DNA of 64,000 nt from Eukaryota sp. TZLM1-RC (lineage: Eukaryota; Protista; Metamonada: BaSk clade), in the NCBI GenBank assembly GCA_040285825.1, contig JAUPSS010000002.1:1240001-1304000 (forward strand), read 5' to 3'. This document shows, piece by piece, positions 39,126 through 48,938 of this stretch. The notes beneath the pieces were generated by a model that was not told where the DNA came from, ran no database searches, and was given only the letters and a program-made list of their open reading frames with translations. Position numbers and translations under genes: made by a program. How positions within the stretch are numbered: position 1 is the stretch's first letter; each line of letters starts with the position of its first letter.

Positions 39126-41882
39126 ATGCCTGAGAAACACTATCCCCGACCTAAAAGGGACCCACAGGGTGGAAAGCTTCACCATGAAAAGACCATGTTC
39201 GGTACAAAACCTAAACCTTTACCTTCTATTTATCGATATAATCCTACTCTTAAACCCAAACTACCAGAAAATGAAGTATCTTCAGGTCTTCTTACTCTTC
39301 TTGAGAGGGGTGTTATTAACCATGATGTTAACCTCACTTCTACTTTCCATCTCCGTCCACGACGTGTGCCACTACACCCTCCTCAGGATCAATTCCGCCC
39401 ACAGCCCATTCAAGAAAACAAGTTTGGTTTTGACTTTTCAAACTTCAAACTTGATTTATCAACTCCACGTCCCCCATCTTGTGTGTCTGAGCCTGATGTT
39501 ATCACCCACAATGAACCAGACGAACCCCCTCCAGGAAGACCATCAACTCAATCCCACTTTCCCGTCCTCCCTAGCAATTATTCCCCTCCCCCACTTCCCC
39601 CACCGAATGCTCCCTCATCAGCCCACACTGCTACCAGGATTCACTCAGCCGCAACCACCGCTGCCAGATCTTATGATGAACTTATGGACGCCACCACTGA
39701 CAAGGTTGTTATAATACGCAACGGAGAAGTACTTGAAACTCCCGAATACCAATCTTTGAAAAGAATTGCAAAAGATTATTGGAAATCTGTGGTTTTTCTG
39801 CTTGATAGGGTTTGTCTGCACTCAAAAAGGAAACATTTGGCCACAGTTTTTGTTGACGTAACACTTTTAATCCGTTACTCGTCACAATTACGTGTTGCGG
39901 GTGTGGTAAATGATTGGATGATTCTGTCTCTGTTGAATGATAAGGATTCAGCAAAGGAATTGGCCATGGTCAAGATTCAGTCTTTGGCTAGGGGTTTTTT
40001 ACAGCGAAAAGAGTTTAGATTATTGAAGAAGAGAATTTGGGCATGTTGCTTAATTCAGCAAGTGTACAGAAAGCACCTGGCAATCAAATCTGCACGGTCA
40101 AAATATCAAGAATTTTTGACCCTCGACAATCAGAAATTTAAAGAAATGTTTGGAGACTTCAAGAACAACTTTGACTCTATTATTTCCTCCAAAAGAGTGC
40201 ATCTCATTCCAATTACCAACTCTTGCCTCTCCTTAGTAATGGGATCACTCACTGACATTAGATCTTCGTCAAGCCAAAAGGTTTCTGCCTCCATTGTCTT
40301 ACCCTTTAATTTGGACGAACAAACGCTCACACACTGGTCCTTTATTCTTTCTATAGGTAGAAGTAGTTGCTCACATAGAGCGAGGTTCATCTCCACTTGG
40401 CCTTTTTACAGTGGTGGATTGACCGAACATTTACCATGCTCTGTTGCTTCCTGTTTGAATGGAAAAACATTGAAAAAGATTCGTGATCATACACGTTTCG
40501 TCACATCATCATCAACGTCATCAGGGCTCATAATTCCCTCTTTTCCTGGTCCTTCACTTGACCATTGGAGACTTGCCAGTCGTCTTGATCTTAATGTTTT
40601 TGGTCCGTTACCTTCAACTATACAGATTTACGGTTGTCGCAGCGGAATGCGGAGGATCTTTTCTGCCGCAGGGGTCAGGTTATTGCCTGCCGTTACTGAT
40701 TTGATTGATTCAACAGAAATTGTCAAGGGTTTGATTGGATTGCTCGAAGAGTTTCCGGTTTATTACAAGTTTGCAATCATCTGTGATGATTTGATGGGCA
40801 GTCAAATGATTATCGACCTTTCTGATGATGTCATGATTGATGACTTCAGAAGACTTTTGTTAGCAGGAGAGGTGTATTCTGATTACGATGAACTCTTTTC
40901 TTATATTGACGATAATTTTGGTAAATTTTCTCAAAACTTTAAACCTAAATGCTGCTTGAAAAGAGAAGAAAATACAAGGTTCTATTCGGAAATGGGACTG
41001 GAAGATTTCTTTAATTTATTTGATAGAACTGGGGGATTGGTAGAAGTACTGCCAACTGAAATAATTTCTTATCCTCGTGTTTCGTTGGTAATTAACCCTC
41101 AATCAACCTCAATCATTACCACTTATGATTTGATTCCTTCCCTTTGTCATACAGACTATGTCGCCGCTTCCTCTCCTTCCACCTCTGTGCTACATGCAGT
41201 GTTGGTTGGGGCTTCATTAGCCATTGCTGATGCCGCTAGAGAAAAAGGAATCATTGGTTTTGTTGATATTCAGTACTATTCAATTATTGAGAACAAAGTG
41301 CCTGTGCTTTATTCTAATGAGGTAAATTTTGGTCACTCTGACTGGTTGAGCTGTTTCAAGAGTTTTGATTGTGTCACAGGTGGAATATTTGACCCTGATT
41401 CAGGAAACTATCATGTTGCAGTCGGTCAAAATCATCTTGATTTGATTGGCCAGCGATATTTCATGTTTACTAAAAATCTGTATCATCCAAATTTGACTCA
41501 AGTGGGGGACTATGTTACATTTACCAAAACCCTAAAAGAATTTTCTATAAATACTAATACATCAAAGCGAGTTACAATTAATTCGTTCCACATTGAACGG
41601 AGACTTGGAGCTCTTTTTCTTCCGTGTGGGCCCTTATCACGTGGATTCTTGACTGCTGGTTGCGTGACAGTCACTGCTGACGAAGCATTTGCTGTATTGA
41701 AGTCCATTACAGAATTCATAGTCAATGATCTTGGTTCTTTTAAAGGACTCTCTTTTAATAGAAACAATCCTAATGAATTTACTTTTACTGATTTGAAAAG
41801 TTCTTTGGCTGATTACGAAAAACAATCTAGGTTTGTTATTAGATTGGATTTCGCTGATGATAATAGTGATGAATCTGATTGA
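39126..41882 (+). CDS. IQCH: IQ domain-containing protein H-like
   Basis: IQ motifs (KIQSLARGFLQRK, LIQQVYRKH) plus an ATP-grasp-like C-terminal region with SG.RRIF..AGV..P, typical of IQCH. 918 aa, uninterrupted. Confidence 0.75.
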   Translation: MPEKHYPRPKRDPQGGKLHHEKTMFGTKPKPLPSIYRYNPTLKPKLPENEVSSGLLTLLERGVINHDVNLTSTFHLRPRRVPLHPPQDQFRPQPIQENKFGFDFSNFKLDLSTPRPPSCVSEPDVITHNEPDEPPPGRPSTQSHFPVLPSNYSPPPLPPPNAPSSAHTATRIHSAATTAARSYDELMDATTDKVVIIRNGEVLETPEYQSLKRIAKDYWKSVVFLLDRVCLHSKRKHLATVFVDVTLLIRYSSQLRVAGVVNDWMILSLLNDKDSAKELAMVKIQSLARGFLQRKEFRLLKKRIWACCLIQQVYRKHLAIKSARSKYQEFLTLDNQKFKEMFGDFKNNFDSIISSKRVHLIPITNSCLSLVMGSLTDIRSSSSQKVSASIVLPFNLDEQTLTHWSFILSIGRSSCSHRARFISTWPFYSGGLTEHLPCSVASCLNGKTLKKIRDHTRFVTSSSTSSGLIIPSFPGPSLDHWRLASRLDLNVFGPLPSTIQIYGCRSGMRRIFSAAGVRLLPAVTDLIDSTEIVKGLIGLLEEFPVYYKFAIICDDLMGSQMIIDLSDDVMIDDFRRLLLAGEVYSDYDELFSYIDDNFGKFSQNFKPKCCLKREENTRFYSEMGLEDFFNLFDRTGGLVEVLPTEIISYPRVSLVINPQSTSIITTYDLIPSLCHTDYVAASSPSTSVLHAVLVGASLAIADAAREKGIIGFVDIQYYSIIENKVPVLYSNEVNFGHSDWLSCFKSFDCVTGGIFDPDSGNYHVAVGQNHLDLIGQRYFMFTKNLYHPNLTQVGDYVTFTKTLKEFSINTNTSKRVTINSFHIERRLGALFLPCGPLSRGFLTAGCVTVTADEAFAVLKSITEFIVNDLGSFKGLSFNRNNPNEFTFTDLKSSLADYEKQSRFVIRLDFADDNSDESD

Positions 41883-42299
41883 GGGTTTGATTGTTGTATT
41901 TTATTATATTTTTATTTTATGTCACTTTTTTGTTCATTTTCTGCAATCGTTTCGACATTCAATGTTGTAAATTTCTGCTATAAATCTTTATGATTTTCCT
42001 TTCATTTTCCTTGTATTTTGGTTATTGTCAACTAGAAGAGTGATTTCCAAAAATATTTTATTTGAATTTATTGATTTTTGTACACTCCAAATTGACTCCT
42101 GAAGTTTATCTAATGATAAAAGATGGCTGTGTTATTGAAGTAATTAACCTTTCTCAATTCAAATATGGTTGATCACATGTTCAGTTGTTTCGGAGTATTC
42201 TGTGTTATATTATAGATTTCGAACACTTCCATAAATGAAGGAAAAAGGGATCGTTTTTTAAAAACCACAATTAAACACAAATAGTTTTTTTACCTATAG

Positions 42300-42540
42300 T
42301 TTTTGTAACTAATTTTATTTTTTTTTCAACGCTAACAAAACATTAAAAAAACTAGAACTCAATATCCTCAATACACGCATCAACATCATCAAATCTCTTA
42401 AGCGCGCGATTTTCATACTCTCTGCCTAACTGTAACAGTGCCTTGGTCAGCATTTCTGGAATTGCTTTAAATACTGATAACAATTCTATTGTGTCAAAAA
42501 TTGAAGTTCAATTCGTTTCCTACTCTTTCTTTTATTGAAC
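42300..42540 (-). mobile_element. CRE-like 3' fragment that truncates the Fanzor gene
   Basis: KERVG..HNRIVISI.KAIPEML.KALL..GREYENRALKRFDDVDACIEDIEF*, similar to the other RLE C-termini. Confidence 0.65.
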
Positions 42541-44408
42541 TTCTGAAACCTTCGAGAGTTACCTATAGTTTTAGGTTGTCAAAAACCATACCATAATCAC
42601 CCATTAGTATTAAAGTGTCTTTTGGGTTGCCAAACTGCTGAACAAAATTTTTTAACAACCAACTTTCAGTCTTTTGCTTGTGAACAAAAGCTTGCATTTT
42701 ATGAATGCTCCACAAGTCAAGACTGTAAAAGTCAATTGTCAAAAAAACTTGCCGAAGTTTGGCAACCACAATGTTGAAAAAATCTATAAAAGATGCTGAA
42801 TTGGCAGCAAACGCGAACAATTCGCTGTTTGCATCTTCAATTGTCTTTTCGTTAGACCCTATCATTTGGTTCCTGTCGTGATCTACCTCAGTATACTTTG
42901 TCGCCCATCGTTTTTGTTTTTCATTAATCCTACTTTTCAAAGACCAGGACATCTGAGTCATTCTCAACCATTTGTACTTCTTGTCTTGATTCATCACCCG
43001 ACTATTTCCTTGCTGTTCAGTTTCATGTTCAGGCACCGTGGCTAATTCTTCATCAGTCTGTTTACTCCCAAATTATAATAAATCACGTTTTCCAGGATCA
43101 CAAACAACAATTCGTTTGCCTTGAAAAGTATCAACATCAACATCATCAATATATAAATCCGAAATACTGGCCTTGTTGTCTGGCTTACATTTCTGACATT
43201 GCAAATCCTGACGAACAAATTCTATTGCAATATTGAATCCCTCTGTGTGGATAATAATGTTGAATTTATAGCTCTTCTGTTTGAACATTGGTTGGTTTAA
43301 ATCTAGAATATTAGACCAAAAGTCAAATTGCTGAGGTGGTGAGAATTTCGTAATTTGGGTTAATGTATTGGACAGTTTCAGCATCTGTGTAGATGATAAA
43401 TCATCCATAAATGTTTGTTTAATAATTCTCCATATTGTTCTTGTATCAATAGGAAAATATCCAGGGCCTACAGTGGTTGAAACAGGAAAAATATGATAAG
43501 GTTTTTTCTCTCTACTGGAGATATATTGGGCAATTGTATTTGCTGGTTTTAAAAATATTTGAGGATCTTTTTCAACAGCGTCTGCAAGAAAATGTATATC
43601 CACTGGAAATATGTTGTCAACTAAATTCTCGTCAGTGACCAAATTCTCAATTTGGCAAGTAAATGGCTCAATAAGGCCTTCAAATATGTCTCTAAGTTCA
43701 TTATTTCCTATATCATGTTGTTCACATAAATCGAAAAATTCATCATTCAGAAGGTCTGAAATATTTTCACGATGATGAAACAAAGACCTCAAGCAATCTC
43801 TATCATCAACTAAAAACAAGTTTTTGAATTGACGAAGCCTAAATCTATATAGCGAATTAATTGTAGATAATGGCGTTGAGTATCCACCAGGTTTGTGCAT
43901 TTCTGCTAACACAAGATCCACATCTGGTTTGTCAAAATAAACATTAATAAATCGATGATTATGTTTTTCATAATTAAATTTCAAATTGTTTTCAAAATTG
44001 GCAAACAGTACTGGGGCCATATACTCAGGTGGTCTACTGAATCCATCAGTTGGAAATTGTGGAAAAAATTCAGGCCTATAACTCAAATGGTCTACATAAC
44101 TCAATGTTTTGTTCAACATTTGTTGTTCAAAGGTGGTTGATAATCTATAATCTCCTTCACCATAAACAAAGTTTTCTAAATCCTCTAAAAATGCGCTCTT
44201 TAGTTTCAGCATTTTTTGCCCATAATGCTCAGCCGAAATATAACGAATTCTGGCCATTAATGATTCGCTTTAAGCAACAAGTGGTGTGAATACGTAACTG
44301 TTGGAATTTTACAGCAGTTTCTCTCAATTTCAGTATCACGTTTGAATGTTTAACCATTCAGTTGACGGTTGCTGGAATGGTTTTATAAGATGATAATATA
44401 AATTTGTC
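42540..44408 (-). pseudogene. Fanzor nuclease body (N-terminus, REC/WED, RuvC-I, bridge helix), 3'-truncated; candidate 29-nt intron 42563-42591
   Basis: YKTI...ILKLRETAVK...IHT N-terminus, IFP...PGYFPIDT, FW, KF..IIHTEG..I.IEFVR, RuvC-I IVVCDPGKRDLL(*)FG, QKTESWLLKNF...FG.PKDTLILMGDY. Stops at 44358 and 43073; frameshift near 44260. Confidence 0.88.
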
Positions 44409-45200
44409 TTATTGAAACAGCACAAAAAGTTTCAGACAAAGGATACAATCATGAAGTCCATATTGAATTGAATTTTGTATCAGAGTAGAAGTAGCTAAAC
44501 AATCAATTGGCAAAATATGGGAAAATTCCATATGAAGTTTGATTTTCTTTTCATTTATCATTGTATATGCCAGATTGCCTAATCCATATCCGTAGGGTAT
44601 TTTTATGAATTTTTCGGCAAATACCAAAGTATCTAAAAGAAAAAAGCCATTTTCCCTGATGACAACTTCTCTCCATCTTGGTGAAAGTTGATTGAGTACA
44701 TCAATTGCTGTATCATCTGGAACAGTGGGTAATGGTAAATCAAAATAATTTAATCTATTTTTTTAAACCTGTAAATCAAACTGTATTAAATTGTGATTAT
44801 GAAAACAATGGGGTTGATGATTACCAATAAGGTTCAAGAACCCACGAAGCAAGGTTTTTTCGTCAGAGAAAATTTCTGCCTCAATATCAATATCAATGTC
44901 TGGTAATCTGACTTGAGGACTCATTCTCAATATAAGTGAATATTTACTCTCCAAAAAGAATTTATGGTGAACAAACTTACCAATAACAATCGAAATTAAA
45001 AACACTTTTTGATCTGAAATCCACACACCCATTTGCTCATCAGTTTTCTTTTTCAAAAGATTCACAACCTCTTTTCTCTTTTTGTTGATAAACTCGTCAG
45101 GAGGCAAAAATTAACCACCATGACTTTGGTAAAGATAACCATCCTGATAAGTTTCAAGATCAAAGTACATAACATTGGGAAGATTTTGATTTGAGGTCAT
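44409..45200 (-). pseudogene. DEDDy 3'-5' exonuclease domain of family-B DNA polymerase type, in frame with the downstream Fanzor
   Basis: ExoI YFDLETY; FSDEKTLL..FL; ExoII HNLIQFDL.V(*)KNR; YGLGNLA; ExoIII QYGLHDCILCLKL. Three ORF pieces are in one frame separated by single TAA codons. Confidence 0.8.
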
Positions 45201-45577
45201 TGATTTGAATTGAATCAATGGATCAGGCTTGAAGCCATCAAGACTTGGCCCAATTTTTCTGACCATACTCGGTTTCAGTGGTTTTTTGGTCAAAATCTTC
45301 CTGTTCTCGATATTCAACATTGTATTCTCAATACAAATTTCTCGGTTCAATGCTTTTTGTTGCATTTTTCGCTTACACTTTGATGTTTGTTGGTCAGAAA
45401 TCGCATTTCTAATAATAATGTTTGATGGAGGAGTTGATTTACAATTAGATCTTCTTTTTCTGGGACCATGATTTGCATCAACATTTCCATTCATTGTTGA
45501 ATCAACAGTAAATGGGTTTGTCGATAGAAGATGTTGGCAGCTACTGGATTGAAAAGATAAATAATAGACATAATAAT

Positions 45578-46017
45578 CAAACTCAACATTATCAAAATAA
45601 CAATTTAAGACACAACATCCCATATCTAAAGTGCAAGAATCTAAATTGCAAAAATGAACAAACTCATAAACATCAAAACAACAATGTAAAACAAAACATA
45701 TACAAAAGAAACATCCCACATCTACAGTACAAGTACGTAAACCACAAAAAACAACAAACTCAAAAACATCAAGACAACAATTCAAAACAAACCACAAACA
45801 AGAAAAACATCCCATATTCAAAGTACAAGTACCTAAACCAAAACAATCAACAAAATCAAAAACAACAATGTAACAACAATGTAAAACAAAACACAAAGAA
45901 GAACAACCTCCCATATCTACAGTACAAAAAGCTAAACCACAAAAAACGACAAACTCAATAACATCAAAATAACAATTCAAAACAAAACACAAAGGAGAAC
46001 ATCCCATATCCAAAGTG
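45578..46017 (-). repeat. Coding tandem repeat, ~4.5 units of 96/96/99/93 bp (Cys-rich ~32-aa repeat)
   Basis: Units start C(A/C)TCCCA at 45616, 45712, 45808, 45907 and 46000. All lengths are multiples of 3. The minus frame is open and shows synonymous changes between units. Confidence 0.8.
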
Positions 46018-46099
46018 ATTAGCACCATGTCTGATTCAACAGCACCCATATCATGACTCACATGATGACTGAAAAAAGTGCCATACTCTAACCCCACGG

Positions 46100-46350
46100 A
46101 AGGATCAGAACGACGATTTCGATAAGAAATCGAGGCTCTGACCTTCCGTTTCTATCTGTAAATCAGGATGACTGTTCCCGACTGAGGAGTTCGGGAGGAA
46201 GTACTCTTCTGTTCTGTGAAGAACAGGTTGAAGGAGGAGGTGGGAACTGACTCCGTAACCTCGTTATCATTTTTCTTGTCTAGCTGCATGATGTTAGAAG
46301 AATGGGAGGAGTCAAGATAATCTCGCTGTCTGACACGATGTCTGACATGC
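46100..46350 (-). mobile_element. Possible Gypsy gag N-terminal fragment
   Basis: Start context CAGCATGTCAGACATC (MSDI..) is identical to the family B gag start at 33373. Confidence 0.4.
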
Positions 46351-46648
46351 TGATTGCATTTTCAAATTGATTGCTAATTTCCACAATGGTATCAAATGCC
46401 TATCGACTGTATCTCTATATGTGGTCATCAACATCAGCTCGATTTACCCTCTAGCTCTTCTGGTCGTTGTTACTCCGTCTAAACTATATGTTTTTTTAGT
46501 TTCCTTCTCCTTCCTTTACCTCTTGTCCTCTTCCCATTCAGCTATCTCAACAATTCTCCCTTCCTCTCTTCCTTTCTGTTCCGACGGGACCTAAACAAGT
46601 GCTAAACTGTCGGCGGTGCTTGAAGAGATGAACAGGGCATTGCAATCT

Positions 46649-46819
46649 GTGGTTTTCATTTGAAATGCATACTAGTACTTTCTTCAAGCATCATTCAAAC
46701 TTATTCCAAGAACTTTCATTCTTGGTGAGATCGTCCACAGACGTTCTAAAATCCTCGAATAATTGTCCACCAATCTGAGTGAGCCCATTTCTCCTCTAGA
46801 ACAATACGTAGCTTTGAAG
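46649..46819 (-). ncRNA. Candidate Fanzor omegaRNA scaffold, copy 1
   Basis: About 170 nt conserved after the stop codon. Multi-stem structure with a GAAA tetraloop and pairing-preserving differences versus copy 2. Confidence 0.65.
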
Positions 46820-47006
46820 CTAGTGTTTTTGTGGTCTCTGGAACGCTTCTGGTCTTGTTCCTCAGTAGTGCTCACTAATTGCAATTTCTAGCTGATTTAG
46901 TGATGCAGAAATGTCTCTAGACCAAACTTGATTACATTCCGGACAACTGAAATAGGCGTTGTGAACTTTAACTTCACCATCAACTTCTCGATAGATCTTT
47001 TGGTGT
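46649..47006 (-). mobile_element. Fanzor 3'-end remnant (zinc finger, RuvC-III, downstream non-coding end)
   Basis: HQKIYREVDGEVKVHNAYFSCPECNQVWSRDISASLNQLEIA...GTRPEAFQRP*. Close paralog of 48768-49135. Confidence 0.85.
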
Positions 47007-47371
47007 AGAAAAAAGATGGTTAAACATGTGAAACCTATTGCTACAGTTAATGAAAATTCTTATACCCAATATAATCTAAGTCGCTTTGTTTTTTCTTTAC
47101 TCGGTTTATTTACAGAAAATCTTCAGAAACTCAAAAATTCAGGTTTAAATGATAATATCCCCATAAATTATTGAAATATATATAACAAAATATAACAAGT
47201 TTATATAAGACTGAAAGTAATTATTGTTCCTTGTTTTGCTCCACAGGCACACGAGGACCAGAGCGAGCTAAAGCAATACGCATGGAATTATTTACAAAGT
47301 GTGGAGGAATACCATATCAAGTGTGATCTATTGTTTTAATTTCTGCTCACCTTACCTTATTGACATAGATA

Positions 47372-47935
47372 ATGACATTCGAGTTATCTCAAGATTTCCG
47401 TCAAACGCAGATGAGGCAAACTGCCACTCTGATGTTCGGAGATCTTCTGAGCTATATTGAACAAGAACGCATGGGAAACTTAACACTAGAGGTTGAGTCT
47501 AAAGCCTATGAAGAGTTTCAAAAAACTAATGACACCCTACTATATCAATTACTTTTATATAAGAACACTGCAAAAGAGAGATTTTTGCTGCTATCAGGGG
47601 AACATAAGGAGAAGGAGTTGGAATCTCTAAGGCCATTAATACCTTATCTCCGCACTCATACGTCACAGTACCCAACACTTGTCTCCATTATAGAAAGATT
47701 AGATCAACATTCAAACTTAATATCAGCTGAACAATATGCTATGATCAGATACTTAACACAAGATTCCTTTTTGGATAAGCTTTCACCCTTGGATAAGCTC
47801 AAATTACATGTCAATGAATTGAAAGAACACACTGATCATGATTTATTCATTAAGAAAGCAAACGGTACATTTAAATATAATAGTTTAGATTATCAGAAAA
47901 TAGACAATTATAAACCCAAAAAACGTGATTATTAA
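47372..47935 (+). CDS. Hypothetical protein (187 aa, predicted helical)
   Basis: ATG-initiated uninterrupted ORF, convergent with NOT2. No motif recognised. Confidence 0.45.
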   Translation: MTFELSQDFRQTQMRQTATLMFGDLLSYIEQERMGNLTLEVESKAYEEFQKTNDTLLYQLLLYKNTAKERFLLLSGEHKEKELESLRPLIPYLRTHTSQYPTLVSIIERLDQHSNLISAEQYAMIRYLTQDSFLDKLSPLDKLKLHVNELKEHTDHDLFIKKANGTFKYNSLDYQKIDNYKPKKRDY

Positions 47936-47947
47936 TCTTTTATCAAA

Positions 47948-48745
47948 TTAATTACATAACAGATCCTTAAAACACTCGCTGTGATCAATTTCCTCTGATT
48001 TAGTCACCAATTTCCACAAATCATGATCAAAAACTAAATAAGTATGTTCCTTTCCTTCATGAGGTTTCAACCAAACCTGCCTCATCTTATGGTACATCCA
48101 CCCTCTTCGTACTAGCTCATCAGAAGCCAGATTCTGCAGGACATCTCTTGGGAAGGAGTAAAAGACGTAAAATAGAGTATCTTCTGTAAAGTTATAAAAG
48201 TGTTTAACCTTCAGTGTTGGAGACTTTGAATAGTAACAAGGGGGTAGTTCAAACCTGAGGTCGTCGACTAAATCAGATTTATGATGTACATCAAATGGAG
48301 AATCAAACTTAGAATACAAAACCTCAGTTGAATTAAGGTTGAGACCAAGCTGCATAAGATCTGTTCCAAGAGCTAGTTGTGTTAGGTCAGCATTGTCAGC
48401 CTTCATGAGCGAAACTAGACCAAGGAGACCATGCCTGTCTGCTTGTGAGGACTTTGGTACATATGGACTGGGGGCATGCCTATGTGGAGTGGGTGGTTGA
48501 GGAGAATGGTATTTGGAAGGGGAAGATGTGTTGAGTCTGGGAGAAGGCTGATAAGGAGGCACTGAGACATTTGGTGGCTTTCTTGGTGCCGAAGAAGGTC
48601 CAGATATGGGCTTTTGGGGTTTTGTAACACCGGGTGGCGGATGAACGCCTGGTGGCGGAGTGGTTCCACTGGATGGATGATATTCATTGGGACTGTTCGG
48701 TATGAACTGAGAGAATAGCTTTCGCCTGGCAGGAGTCGTTGACAT
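47948..48745 (-). CDS. CNOT2: CCR4-NOT complex subunit NOT2
   Basis: HGLLGL..LALGTDL..LGLNLN..LY..F.SPF and NOT box (LP.CY..TLFYVFYSFPRDVLQ.LA..EL..RGWMYHK...WL). ATG at 48745. Confidence 0.93.
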   Translation of the reverse strand: MSTTPARRKLFSQFIPNSPNEYHPSSGTTPPPGVHPPPGVTKPQKPISGPSSAPRKPPNVSVPPYQPSPRLNTSSPSKYHSPQPPTPHRHAPSPYVPKSSQADRHGLLGLVSLMKADNADLTQLALGTDLMQLGLNLNSTEVLYSKFDSPFDVHHKSDLVDDLRFELPPCYYSKSPTLKVKHFYNFTEDTLFYVFYSFPRDVLQNLASDELVRRGWMYHKMRQVWLKPHEGKEHTYLVFDHDLWKLVTKSEEIDHSECFKDLLCN

Positions 48746-48767
48746 GAAATAGATGAACAAGTAACAA

Positions 48768-48938
48768 GTGGTTTTCGTTTGAAATGCATCCTTTCTTCAA
48801 TTCAAAAGGATCATTCAACCTATTCCAAGAACTTTCATCCTTGGAGAGATCGTCCACAGACGTTCTAGATTCCTCGAATAATTTGCTGCCAATCTCAGTG
48901 AGCCCATTTCTCCTCTAGAACAATAGGTAGCTTTGAAG
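48768..48938 (-). ncRNA. Candidate Fanzor omegaRNA scaffold, copy 2
   Basis: Stems ACCTATT/AATAGGT, GTTCTAGA/TCTAGAAC, CGTC/GACG, TCCAAGGAT-GAAA-GTTCTTGGA and ATCCTTT/AAAGGAT. Similarity to copy 1 ends at GAAAACCAC. Confidence 0.65.

Noticed and set aside
44409-45200. Polinton/Maverick or viral DNA polymerase gene
   Set aside because: Only the exonuclease motifs are present. No polymerase motifs, integrase, ATPase or capsid genes are recognisable nearby.
45512-45961. Plus-strand N/K/Q-rich 149-aa ORF
   Set aside because: It is the antisense shadow of the repeat. Synonymous changes favour the minus frame.
45578-46017. CRISPR-like or guide array upstream of the Fanzor
   Set aside because: Units are similar along their whole length with no unique spacers, and length changes are multiples of 3, as expected for a coding repeat.
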